Part shown: one piece after another, positions 12,695 through 26,600 of the stretch
Layout: each line of letters opens with the position of its first letter
Numbering within the stretch: position 1 is the stretch's first letter
Assembly: GCF_009914755.1 (NCBI RefSeq)
Contig: NC_060926.1
Strand: one strand, 5' to 3'
DNA: 64,000 bases
From: the human T2T-CHM13v2.0 reference genome, Homo sapiens
Position numbers and translations under genes: made by a program
Notes under the pieces: generated by a model
The model's input: the letters and a program-made list of their open reading frames with translations, nothing else
Told to the model about the DNA's origin: nothing
Database searches by the model: none

Positions 12695-13727
12695 GTGTAT
12701 GAGATTATCATCTTATTGTGTTACCTTTGTGTAATGGATTTTGCTCTAAAAATGATGCCACAGTTTGCTTGTTTAGCTTACAAGCATGAAGGAGGCTGGG
12801 ATAATTTCCTAAGGAGCTGTGCTGGACATGCTGAGTTCAAGTTCTAACATCCATGTTCCTCTTCAATATTACTTCATTTGATCCAAAATCTGGAGAGTGT
12901 TGAAATTTCTCCAGACTACATTTGTAAACCACATTTGAGTGTAATAATCCCATTGCAAAAAGTACATGCTTCTGCTTTGTTCATGATCAAACTCAGATGC
13001 ATGCTGATTGATAAAAAAAAGTTCTAAGATTAATTTCTTCTGTAAATTGAAAAATAATTTCCATCTATACATTTACACAAGTTATTATGTTGAGTTGATT
13101 TAGGTATAGTTGGTGAATACCAAAGCTAGATAGAAATATGACATGAATTTTGCAAAAAATATTTGGGCAGAGTAGATATTGCTATTGAGGTAGAGTTTAT
13201 CATCAGCCTATCCACGCCTATGTCAGAGACCTTTGGGAGAACTGCATATGGTTTGTGCAAATCATTTTGAGCTGAAAGCAGCTAAATGTGCAATCCATTG
13301 TTCTAGAACTATATTCATACTCTCCAAGGAACCTTCAAAACTTCTACCATGTTTCATTCGTGTTTATTTCTGTTCTTCCGATAGTCCCACTCTTTTTTCC
13401 AGGTATCCATCATCACCTGGACTATTTTCTGCATTGATTGGTACATGTCCTATTTTCTCCCTGCTCCAAAGTTCTTCCTTTGGTATAAAGTGGTATCCGG
13501 TTTATCTTTAGATTCATAGACTTTCTCACCTTTCTGAGCACTATTGATGCCCTAACATCTCAGTTCCTTGACTGTCTCAGCCACAGACTTCTCCCAAAGT
13601 TCTAGCCAAAAGGAAAAGCTGCCAAATTAAAACTCTCAGTTTTGAACATCATACCCTTTGATAACTCTCAACTCTACAGAAAGCTCACTGGAACTAAAGG
13701 GTACAATAACTGAAATTAAAAACTGTG

Positions 13728-15082
13728 TCAACCCTTTTATAATAGCTGCAAATAATAATAATGATACTTAGAAATACACCTAACCAAGGAGTGGAAAGAC
13801 CTCTACAAGGAAAACTACAAAACACTGCTGAAAGAAATCATAGATAACATAAACAAATGGAAACAGCCCATTCTCATGGATGGTTACAATCAATATTGTG
13901 AAAATGACCATACTGCCAAAAGCAATCTACAAATTCAATGCAATGCCCATCAAAATACCACCATCATTCTTCACAGAATTAGAAAAAACAGCTCTAAAAT
14001 TTATATGGAGCTAAAGAAGAGCCCACATAGCCAAAGCAAGACTAAACTAAAAGAACAAATCTGGAGGCATCACACTACCTGATTTCAAACTATACATAAG
14101 TGCATAGTCACCAGAACAGCATGGTACTGGTTAAAAATAGGCACATAGACCAATGGAACAGAAGACAGAACCCAGAAATAAATCCAAATACTTACAGCCA
14201 ACTGGTCTTTGACAAAGCAAACAAAAACATAAAGTGGGGAAAGGACACCCTTTTCAACAAATGGTGCTGGGATAATTGGCTAGCCACATGTAGGAAAATG
14301 AAACTGGATCCTCTTCTCTCACCTTATACAAAAATCAACTCAAGATGGACTAAGGACTTAAATCTAAGACCTGAAACTATAAAATTTCTAGAAGATAACA
14401 TTGGAAAAACCCTTCTAGACATTGGCTTAGGCAATGATTTCATGACCAAGAACCCAAAAGCAAACGCAATAAAAACAAAGATAAATAGCTGGGACCTAAT
14501 AAAACTAAAGAGCTTCTGCAAGGCAAAATGAACAGCAGAGTAAACAGACAACCCAAAGAGAGGGAGAAAATCTTCACAATCTATACATCTGATGAAGAAC
14601 TAATATCCAGAATCTACAACAAACTTAAATCAGTAAGAAAAAAACAAACGATCCCTCAAAAAGTGGGCTAAAGACATGAATAGACAATTCTCAAAAGAAG
14701 ATATACAAATGGCCAACAAACATGTGAAAAAATGCTCAACATCACTAATGATCTGGGAAATCAAATCAAAACCACAATGTGATACCACCTCACTCCTGCA
14801 AGAATGGCCATAAAGAAATAAAAAAGCAGTAGATGTTGTCATGGATGCGGTGAGCAGTGAACTGTACAGCCACTATGGAAAACAGTGTGGAGATTCCTTA
14901 AAGAACTAAAAGTAGAATTACCACTTGATCCAGCAATCCCACTACTGAGATTCTACCCGGAGGAAAAGAAGTCATTATTCAAAAAAGATCCTTGCACACA
15001 CATGTTTATAGCAGCACCATTCACAATAGGAAAATCGTGGAACTAACTCAAATGCCCATCAATGTCAGTGGATAAAGAAACT

Positions 15083-15132
<50 letters not shown>

Positions 15133-15490
15133 TGGAATACTACACAGCCATAAAAAGGAATGAATTAACAGCATTTGCAGTGACCTGGATGAGATTGGAG
15201 ACTATTATTCGAAGTGAAGTAACTCAGGAATGGAAAACCAAACATTGTATGTTCTCACTGATACATGAGAGCTAAGCTATGAAGAGAAGACACAAAGGCA
15301 TAAAGAATGATACAATGGACTTTGGGAACTTGGGGGGAAGTGTGGGAGGAGGCAATGGATAAAAGACTACATATATGGTGCAATGTATACTGCTCGGGTG
15401 ACGAGTCCACCAAAATCTCACAAATCACCACTAAATAACTTATGTAACCAAATACCACCTGTACCCCAATAACTTATGGAAAAAAAAAGA
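13728..15490 (+). mobile_element. 5'-truncated L1PB1-like element (ORF2 3' part, 3'UTR)
   Basis: ORF 14100-14531 is L1 ORF2-like ([28 protein letters not shown]); L1PB-type 3'UTR caaaatctcacaaatcaccactaa; A tail. Confidence 0.92.
15086..15130. repeat. Perfect (AT)n microsatellite, 45 nt, inside L1PB
   Basis: Read directly. Confidence 0.97.
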
Positions 15491-15544
15491 AATTTCATGA
15501 TTAAACAACAACAAAAAAGAAAGTGCTGAGAGAGAGAGAGAAAC

Positions 15545-15755
15545 CAAACTTCTCTATTCAGTATTCTATATCTAGTGGATGAAATAAAGACATTTTCATA
15601 CAAGTTAAAGGTGAGAGAACTTGTAGCCAGCAGAACTGTACCATAAGAAAAGCTAAAAGCTTCAGACTAGGAGAAATGAAACTGTATGGAAATTTGAATC
15701 TATACAAAGGAATGAGAAGTACATAATGACAAATGCATAAAATGTATAAATATAC
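15545..15755 (+). mobile_element. Old L1M ORF1-end fragment
   Basis: tgaaataaagacattttcatacaag...gagagaacttgtagccagcaga resembles the L1 ORF1 3' part. Confidence 0.5.
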
Positions 15756-15762
15756 AGGTATG

Positions 15763-16766
15763 GTTGATGGGACCTAATTAACTAAAAAACTTCTGCACAG
15801 CAAAATAAATAATCAGCAGAGTCAACAGATAAGCCACAGAATGGGAGAAAATATTCACAAAGTATGCATCTAACTAGTATCCAGAATCTACATAACACTC
15901 AAACAAATCAGCCAGTTAAAAACAAATAATGCCGTCAAAAAGTAGGCAAAGGACATGAATAGACAATTCTCAAAAGATATGCAAACAGCCAACAAATACA
16001 TGAAAAAGTGCTCAACATCATTAATCATCAGGGAAATGCAAATTAAAACCACAATGAGATACCACCTTACTCCTGCAAGAATGGTCGTAATTAAAAAGTC
16101 AAAAAAACAATAGATGTTGGCATGGATGTGGTGAAAGGGGAACATTTTTACACTGCTGGTGGAAATGTAAATTAGTACAACCACTGTGGAAAACAGTATG
16201 GAGATTCCTTAAAGAACTAGAAGTAGAACTACTACTTGATCCAGCAATTCCACTATTGGGTATCTACCCAAAGAAACAAAAATTATTTTGTGAAAAAGAC
16301 ACATGCACATGCATGTTTATAGGAACACAATTTGCACTTGCAAAGAAATGGAGCCAACCTAAGTGTCCATTAACCAATGAGTGGATAAAGAAAATATGGT
16401 ATATATTCACCATGGAATGCTACTCAGCCATGAAAATGAATGAAATAATGTCTTTTGCAGCAACTTGGATGGAGCTGGAGGCCATTATTCTAAGTGAAGT
16501 AACTCATACATGGAAAATCAAAAATCATATGTTCTCACTTATAAGTGGGAGTTAAGCTATGAGGACACAAAGGCATAAGAATGATACACTGGACTTTGGG
16601 GGCTTGACGGGGAAGGTTGGGAGTTAAGGGATAAAAGACTACATATTGGATACAGTGTATACTGACTCAGTGATAGGTGCACTGAAATCTCAGAAATCAC
16701 CACTAAATAACTTTTCCATGTAACCATGAAACACCTGTTTCCCCAAAAATGATTGAAATAAAAAAG
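15763..16766 (+). mobile_element. Second 5'-truncated L1PB element
   Basis: ORF 16256-16555 is the L1 ORF2 C-terminus (WNQPKCP-like, ELEAIILSE, HMFSLISGS); 3'UTR ctcagaaatcaccactaaa; aataaa tail. Confidence 0.9.
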
Positions 16767-17158
16767 CTAAAAATAAGTCTTGCTGAGATTTTGATAGAAA
16801 TTGCAATAAACCTGAATATCTAACTGGGGGGGAAAACAAAAAGAAATTAAACATTCTAGTGTTTCTGGATCAAAAATATATAATGTTGAGGTTTTGAAGA
16901 ATATGCTTCCTATACAATTTTCTAAATATATATGGATTCTGTTATAATTGAGATAATATTATAGATTTTATTCTATAACCTTTCCTCAATTACTATAATA
17001 GGAAAGGATTATATTCAATATCACTGACTTTACTTACACAATGGGTTTAGTGGCTGTGTAGTATTTTGTTCTATGGATATTGAACAATATACATAATCTA
17101 TCACCTAAACAAAAGAATATGATTTTCCCTTCTAATTTTCTGAAAAGACATCTGACTA

Positions 17159-17486
<328 letters not shown>

Positions 17487-18327
17487 TAAAAGCAAAAAAG
17501 TAACATTTTAAGGTGGGGTTTATAATGAATATAGAAGGAAAAGAGAGGACACTTCCCCCCAAGTTCCCAGTGGCACATAGGATGAATGGGAAGGCCAGTA
17601 GAATTACACTGTGGTAAACTTTTCCGTTTGTGAATGGGAAACAGAAGTGTGAAGTAAGGACTGTGAGGAAGGAAATGCCAGGTAAGGAGTGTGAAGTGTC
17701 AGAGATGAAGTGTAAAGGGATACAGTATAAACTCTAAAGAGCAGCCAGCGTTGAAAAGCTGCTCTCCCCTAGGTGGTTGGATCTACTTCCAAGGCTTTAC
17801 AAGTTATCTCTATGTTGCTATGCTTTTAAATACATCATTTTAAAAGTGAACGCACACTTTCAAAGTGAATTAATGAATAGGCTGAGCCCACACAGAATAA
17901 TGTCATATCCTTCTCTTCCTTGGCATGGCATTTTCCCTCTATTACAGTCTCCTCCTCTAGCCTCTGAGAGCATGAGAGCATCCTAAAACAAATACCCTTG
18001 AAGTTTTCTCTAAAAGCAAAACAAAACAAGGTGACATGGAAACCAAACCCAAATACAGTAGTGGGGAAAGGTAGATGATGATCCTTTTAGGAATGCCTCA
18101 GATTTTTATTTGTTCAGGATTTATGAATTTGTAATTATTTCTATGATTGCACAAAGGCTTATACTTATAACCCTTGAATCCAATTAAAAGTTGAGACTAT
18201 TTAGAATATCAGATATATATATTTGTAAGTTTAACCATAAGAAAAACTCTTATTAAAATTTCACTATATAGAACCTGGCTTCTAGGTTTTCCTTTTATGC
18301 TTCTAAGATAATAAATGTGGCAATGGT

Positions 18328-18615
18328 TTATTCATTCAATAAATATTTATTGAATGCTTACTATATTCCAGGCAGTGCTCTCAGGTGCTGAGCATACAGC
18401 AATGAACAAGTCAAAGTCCTTGCTTTATGGAATTTATCTTCTAGTACCGGGAGACAGTAAGCAAGCAGACAATTCAGGAAGAAATATTGCCAGGAAGAAA
18501 AAGCAATATGAAGGGAATGAAGAGGAGGGAAGTGTGTGTTGAGTGATCGAGGGGACCTGTTTTAGAGAGGGGTTCAGCAAAGGCCTCTTTGAAGATGTGA
18601 CATTTGATCAGAGGC
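18328..18615 (-). mobile_element. L2 3' fragment
   Basis: ttcattcaataaatatttattgaatgcttactat...aggcctctttgaagatgtgacatttga. Confidence 0.8.
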
Positions 18616-18671
18616 CATTAAGGTATTTTGCCTTGAAGTCTACTTGTCTTATATTTTATTTCCAAGCAGTC

Positions 18672-18808
18672 ATAGATTGGATTTTCTGGAAGCAGAAGCT
18701 GAAACAGACTTCGAGGTGCACAGTGTTAACTAGGGATCAACTCCTGTGAGAGGAAGGGCAGGGGGAGCAGGATTGGGCAGAGGAAGATGTCGAAGGGTCA
18801 TGCCTTGG
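18672..18808 (-). mobile_element. ERVL LTR fragment (LTR16A-like)
   Basis: ggaagcagaagctgaaacaga...gggatcaactcctgtg...gcaggattgggcagagg. Confidence 0.5.
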
Positions 18809-18911
18809 CTAATCTGTGTCTGTCACACAGGTCTGATTTAAAAAACATTTTCCTGGTAATAGCCTTGTTCATCTAAAAGTTCAAGTAATCAATTATACTG
18901 TTAAGTAAGTT

Positions 18912-19090
18912 TGAATAAATACTTAATAAATATTAACTATGTACTAAGCACTCTGATAAGAACTGGGCAGGAAGGAGAAGGAGAAATTCTGTCCTCACGG
19001 AGCCCTCATGTCCAGAGTGATAAGGTGTATGCAAATGATTTCAATTCAATGTGGAAACTGTATTTAAAGGGGCTCACCATGCATGAGAGG
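18912..19090 (-). mobile_element. L2 fragment
   Basis: aataaatacttaataaatattaactatgtactaagcact...ctgtcctcacggagc. Confidence 0.5.
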
Positions 19091-21181
19091 GCATGCTTAA
19101 ATGATTTACCTGGAAGTAAGTTTTGTAGCTAACTGACCTGGTAGGCTCATTGGTATGCAGTCTTCCTCAAAAATCAAGTATTCCACTGGCACAATCTTAA
19201 GGTTATATTTTGGAAGCAGCAGAAAGTTGATAGACCTTGCTCTCAGAATAGCCCAGATCGAGGACATCTCTTCCACACTTTATCAGTCAGGACTCTGGGA
19301 CTTCAGCTGATGGGTTTTGGGAACATTTGAACATTTAATGGATAAATAAAACTTTCTTTCAAGTAAGAGAATAGGCCTGTATTATTTTTCCACTTAAGCC
19401 CTCATAGTTACAGCTGTATACAGTGCATAGAAAAATAATTTCCCTACCTTCAAGAGATTTTTCTGTAAAGGAGCAATACATAGATACTTGGAAGATATTT
19501 ATATGTTACAACATAGTATATATAATTTATTTGTATTCAACTAATGTCTAAACATTCTGTTAAAGAGGATCAAAGAGAGAACCCTTTCCAATGTAAGATA
19601 AAAGAAAACTGGAAAGTCTAATGAAATGAAAAAAAGTGAAGACAAAAGTTGAATAGGAAATAAACCTACTGAAGAGAACCCCATAACATTTTCATTTAGA
19701 AAAATACAGATGTTTTATTTCAGAATAAGAATATATCAACAATATAATTATTGTGACTATTAGATTTTATGCATTTATTTTTCTTTATGCAAATAACATA
19801 CTTGTTGAAGAACCCTAGGAATAGTTGAAAAGGAGAAAGAAATATTAGTACTACCTACAGTACTAATATTCACACCTCAAGAATACTATTGCCGTATTTC
19901 TGTGTATCGTATTTTTTTCCATTTAACTTTAAAAACTTAGCATCTTTTCATATCACTATATAATACTGGGGTGAAAGGGGATCTCACGTTCTAGGACAGG
20001 AGAGTCACATAGAAGCAGAGAAGCTTTATTTCAGTAGCTTTGAGTGTGAAGGATGATTTTGCTATGAAGTTCTTAAATTAAATGTTAGTGTTGCTAGCTC
20101 AGAGCACCCCAATCTATAGGAGAGACTTATTTTATATCCAGAAGAGGACAGAGTGAGCTTGTATACTGAGAACAATTTTAGTTTTTTAGGGAATTTATTT
20201 CTTGTTATTGGAGTTATTTTACTTTCCAATCCTTTCCCCTTGGGTGATGACTTAGGTGTGCCTTTCCTGAGAATCACCATTGAGGCCTGGGAAGTGTGGG
20301 GCAAATCATCCATTGTCTGACGGAATTTGTCCTCTGACTAAAATTATCTGCCCATTTGCTAAGTAATTTACAATTTTAGGCTACACAAATGAGGCATGTT
20401 AAAAGCAAACAAGCAAAACATGTCCCTGTGGCTTTTTGAGGCCATTGCTGAATAAGAAAAATTGTACCTGCATCTGTTTGACTGTTTGTCAATCCTCTAA
20501 TATGCTTGGACAGGATCCTAACTGCATTTCACTTTGGTGCTTTTCCTGGGATGGCATGTTTGATACGCAATCTCTGCATGAGAAACTGCAAAGCAAAGAA
20601 ATCAGCTAAGCCTTCCAAGGTGGAAGGTGGACTTTGTGATACTCATAGGGTTCAACCTGAGATCTTAGTAGGAGACTGTACCAAATTCACTTTGCAATAT
20701 ACTGAAGGAAAATTCTTTTGTCTAACAGGTACAAAACAGCCCCTTTCCTTTCCCCCCACCCCATCATTATGGCAATAATTTAAATTCAGAAAGCTGCTAT
20801 TCCTGAAAAGCACTTCTCTATTTAGTATCTTCTTCATTACATCATTTCTTGTTGTTGCGTGAAAAAAAAAATGAGCCATGAAGGAGACCACTGCTAAGGC
20901 ATGAATTTTGTTTAATTCATGAGAAATATGATGTTTTTTAATGTTTGAATTGACTTCTTTTTTGTTTTTAACTAATTCAATGTGGCTGAAAATAATAGTG
21001 AAATACTAGTGCTCATGTGAAAAAAATGAACTAGACTGATTAGGAGAGAATATACACAACCGTCAGGAAGCATGTTCACGAGAGTACCAATTTTCCTTGG
21101 TAAACGCCCACAGAAGCCAAAGTAGAGTTGGGGCTCTCTGTTTTCTGAGGCGCATTATACATTTATGGAAAGAGAGGTGTT

Positions 21182-21470
21182 GGCCAGGTGCAGTGGCTCC
21201 TTCTGGTAATCCCAGCACATTGGGAGACTGAGGCAGGAGGATCACATGGGTCAGAAGTTTGAGACTAGCCTGGGCAACATAATGAGATCCCATCTCTACA
21301 AAAAATACAAAAATTAGCTGGGTATAGTAGCACGTGCCTGTAGTCCAAGCTACTTGGGAGGCTGAGGCAGGAGGATCCCTTCAGCCCAGGAGTTCGAGTT
21401 TGCAGTGAGCCATGATCGTGCCGCTGCACTCCAGTCCGGGTGACAGAGCGAGACCCAATCTCAAAAAAAT
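21182..21470 (+). mobile_element. AluJ
   Basis: J-type features (ggaggatc, agcccaggagttcgag, gagccatgatcg); short A tail. Confidence 0.92.
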
Positions 21471-21675
21471 GCAAATGAGTAAGAAAGAATGGTGCCTCTT
21501 TACCACACACTAAAAACTAAGTAGAAGTCATCTGTTTAGAATGATGGGGTTATGATTATTTTAAAAATGGAGAACTTGTCTGGTTTCTATTGCCTTCTAC
21601 TTAATTAGAAGTTTTCTGTATTTCACAAGCTGAGAGGATCAGTAGTTGACATATAGGTTAACTTCTTGTTTTCAG

Positions 21676-21767
21676 GGATCTTGGAACTGATGCTCTTAGA
21701 GGTGTGGCGATTAAGTCAGAGTTCTTCCTGAGTGACCAGCATCATCCCTGAACATGTACGCATGCAA
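21676..21767 (+). other. Candidate non-coding exon
   Basis: Acceptor ttcttgttttcag|G and donor CAA|gtaaat; stops in all three frames; no expression evidence. Confidence 0.25.
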
Positions 21768-22518
21768 GTAAATGCATCCTACAGCATTCTCTTTGTGACC
21801 ATTTTCTCTAGCCAATGGTCTTTGTAATCTCAACTTCCCTTCTTATGTCAGGCCTCAGACTTAAGTAAATGTAAAAATGTTTCTCTTCATTGCCAATCAT
21901 TCCAGATAGGAATGAAGATTTAATAATAGAAATCTAAGCGTTAATAGTATTATTTTAATCCTGAATATAAAAGCCTTGGCTTTTGGACCTTAACCACCAT
22001 ACTTTATAAATGTGAAGGGAAGTCAAGATCTGACAGCAAGTATTTCCCTTTGGTTGTGAACATATTGAAGTCGAATTGGTTCAGTGCCCTCAGCATTTAG
22101 TTTTTAAGGCATGTTATATACATGTTCACACCATAAGAAACAAAGTCTTAGAACAGAATGTTGATTTTATGTTTTCAGATGGCATAGATGCCATCAGAAA
22201 AGGACAACAAAGATGTTAATTGCACATCTGTTTGACTGCTTCCAACCTTTTCAATAACCTTTTGGGACTTTGATGCTTTTTGGTTTAAAGTTGCATCAAA
22301 TGATTTTTTTAAATGGGATGGTTAGAGGTTATATAAGAGGCAATATTTTATTGTTATGACTTGGAGAATGACACTAGAATAAAATCTTAAAATATTTATT
22401 CTGTAATTCTCAACTTTGAGACTATAAATGCCATTCAACCTGACAGTGAGAGGGAAATGTGTCTCTGCTTGCCTGCATGTGCATACAGGTGCTTTGGGCT
22501 ACGGAATGAATGTCCACT

Positions 22519-23004
22519 TGGAACAGGAATTAAAAGAAATTAAAGAATGTATAAGCAAAAACTCAGTTGTATGTAAGAAAACCCAATTCCCCCTGAAGAA
22601 GAGAAAGAACTGGAGTCCTTTAAAATTAACTGCCTGTTTTTCTGTGGCTAGTGAGCCTTATCTTTCCCTGTCTCAGGCATTGTGAAGACTCTGTTTCTCT
22701 AGCTGTGCAGCTGCAAAGTCGCTAAACAGATAATCTCAATTCATAAAGCATGTTGTTCCTTAAAAAGTAAGAAATAATGTAATGCATGTCTTAATTGAAT
22801 AACTGTCTTCGTTTCTTGCTTCTGTAATACGCTTCCCCCTGCACAAATCTCCCCCCGCCCCACAAAATGCTTAAAAGGTAGCTTGACTCTTTGTTCGGGG
22901 CTCAGTCCTTTGGATGTTAATTCGACTGGGTCGGTGCACCTAAATAATTAAATAATTCCTCCTCAACCCCTTGGTCTCTCTGATTCCATAATTATCCCGC
23001 TGCA
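22519..23004 (+). mobile_element. LTR15-like (HERV15, ERV1) solo LTR
   Basis: tggaacaggaattaaaagaaattaaagaatg...cccgctgca; TG..CA ends; exact 4-bp TSD cact (22515-22518, 23005-23008). Confidence 0.85.
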
Positions 23005-23533
23005 CACTCACTGAAAAGCCAAGTGCAGGCATTGCCAAAGATAGGGTACTGCTCTTCACACTCTGAGAATACTAACTCAAATGGGACAGTAGAGGGTTTT
23101 GTGTCTAATAATGGGATATGGGAGGATTTAAGCCAGGAGGAAGGATGGTTACCACCATCAAAGATCTATCTCTCCCTCCTACAGCTTTGTTCTCAGAAAA
23201 GCAGGCAACCTTTTTTATTTCTAAGACTTGAAGAACAAATTCAGTTCATTATCATAGACCCGGACTGAGAGCTGGGATTATGGTGTATACAGTTTGTTGC
23301 CTACTCAACAGCAAATCCATCTTCTTCCTTGCTGACAGAAGCCTATATAGGTGACAAAGTGCTCGGAGAAGGAGTGCCCCCTTCAAACTCCCAGGGATTC
23401 TGGGAAATGCTTTTGTCCCTAATAAGTAGGGCGAGCATATATCCCAATTTTCCTGGGATAGCACTGGTTTATGTGTATTGTTCTGGTATAATTATGAATA
23501 GTGCTTCATTCACTTTTAAATATATTCTAGCTT

Positions 23534-24500
<967 letters not shown>

Positions 24501-25924
24501 AATAGTCTAGTTTGAATGACAAATCGTATGATTTTCTCTGCCTCCAGTAATGTAAAGTGATTGTATGATGATTGGAGCTCAATCATTGAACTATTGTATG
24601 ACTATGAAGATAAGTGCCAATAAAGAATCAGATCTAGAGCCAACTGATTCTGGAAGTTCAGTGGCTCTGGATTTGATGGTGAAAGTAAAGACTTGTTTTT
24701 CTCATTTACTTTCAGAAGAACATTCTGTTACTTGTAGGAAGGGTAGGAAGGAAAGGAGAAACAGGAATAAGGCCTTTCCATGAACTTTTACTCAGCAGTA
24801 GACAGACCATGGTTCTTCTATTTTTTTACCATTCTCGTTCAACCAAATGTAATTTCCAGAATTCCTAAAGAGGAAACATGGAGAAAATAATAAAAAATAT
24901 AAATCAGAAATCTTACCCAAAATGATTCAAAATCTGCCATTACTCCTGCAAAGTGATGAGTCAGTATCACCCCTGCCCCTGTTGTCACCAGATGGGTCTG
25001 GGGACTCAATAATTTGACTTTTATATCACTGAAAGTGGCTGGGTTCAAAATTCACATTTTCTTTATAGATATGACATTCGTGGTGTGCTATTTCAGTCGT
25101 GGATATTTTGTTTAAAAACTCTGAAAATTATTCTTGATTCTCTTTAAATTATATTGAAAAGAGAATACATTTCCATTTACTTTCTTGAAATCACTTTAGA
25201 AAAACGATGAGTGAAACAGAGAATTTCCAGATGGTTTTTGTTGAAAAAATGACTTGTTATCTAACTAATCTATGTTCAGCCAAAGCAAATGAAAATCCAT
25301 TTAAAATTATTTTAGTATTGATACCAAACACCAAATTGTTCATGTCTCTTCCAGTATATATATTGATAAAAATCTATTATAACTTATGAAGCAGACCTAC
25401 TGCCTTTCAAGAAAGAAACATACACAGGGAGAGGATCAACACATACATAGCTATGTCTGGCACATTATTCAATGAGGCACTTCCTTTTTGACTTTCTTCA
25501 TTACAGTGTTATTAGATAATGATGTAGTTCTATGGGGTTTTGGTTTGATAGGAACTGGACACTTACAAGGTAGTTTTATTTCCATTGCTTTGGATAGTGC
25601 ATCTTTTCTGGCTTTGTCTCTTTAGAAAAACAATGTTCTTTTTCTTGCTCCTTCTCCAAAAGTCCATAGAAGGTACTGTACTTATGGCCAATTGAAGAGT
25701 GCTAGGTCCATCCTTGGGTCATTGATTTGTCTGAATTAGTTCAATGCTGTTATATATCTGTAGTAATCTGCATCAGGGAAAGAATTAGCTTCCAAGTACA
25801 ACTTCTTCTCTTCCTTCTGTTGGGTCCTATGACCATCTTGGGCTTACCTCTGTGGCAGAAGCATGGACATTGTAGTTGACAGCTCTACCAAGACTATGTG
25901 GTGTGAAGAGAATACTTAACACCT

Positions 25925-26165
25925 GACACTCCTACTAGCAACATATAAAAGTGCTCATCTCCCTGTACACTTGCAACAGTGATTATTGCTTTTTTGCATC
26001 CCAATGGCAAAGATTTTAAAAAATTGGTATCTCATTTCTGTTTTAATTTTATTTCTTTAATGCAGAGGGTGTATTTTTTGCTATTTCTCTTCTTTTTAAA
26101 AATGGCCCATTCCTATCTTTTCCCTTTCCACCAGAGTGTATTTTTTTTTTCAGCTTGAATTTCTT
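25925..26165 (-). mobile_element. Old L1M fragment
   Basis: actcctactagcaacatataaaagtg...tggtatctcatttctgttttaatt. Confidence 0.55.
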
Positions 26166-26354
26166 TGCAACAAAAACTTGTGTATGTGTGTGTGTGCTTA
26201 AGACAGTGGTCCTAATTTGGGCTTGGGGTTGAGGAAATAATGTCAGAATCATCTCACCTCCATGTCAATATGGCTGATGAGGAAAAGGAAGCCGAATATT
26301 AATATTTTGAAAAAACAGGATATTCTGGTACCCTAGCTAATTAATTAACTCAAC

Positions 26355-26600
26355 CATTCACTCATTTGTGCAGTCATTTCACAAATACTTATTGAGTGCC
26401 TACTGTTTTAGGCACTGTTCTAGGACCTGGAGCCACAGCTGCAGTGAGACAACACCGCTGCCTGCATGGAGCTTGCATTGCAGTGGAGAAAATATGTGAC
26501 AACCAGCACATGACAATGAGCACTGTGAAAAAAATATAGCAGAGTAAAAGAATAAAATGTGACAGTGGTGGGAAATTTAAATACCACGGTCTTAGCCTCA
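26355..26600 (-). mobile_element. L2 3' fragment
   Basis: acaaatacttattgagtgcctactg...ggcactgttctagg...cctgcatggagcttgca. Confidence 0.8.

Noticed and set aside
20471-22238. Shared 14-mer catctgtttgactg at 20471 and 22225 (E-box plus forkhead-like)
   Set aside because: Several 14-mer matches are expected by chance in 64 kb and the flanks align only weakly
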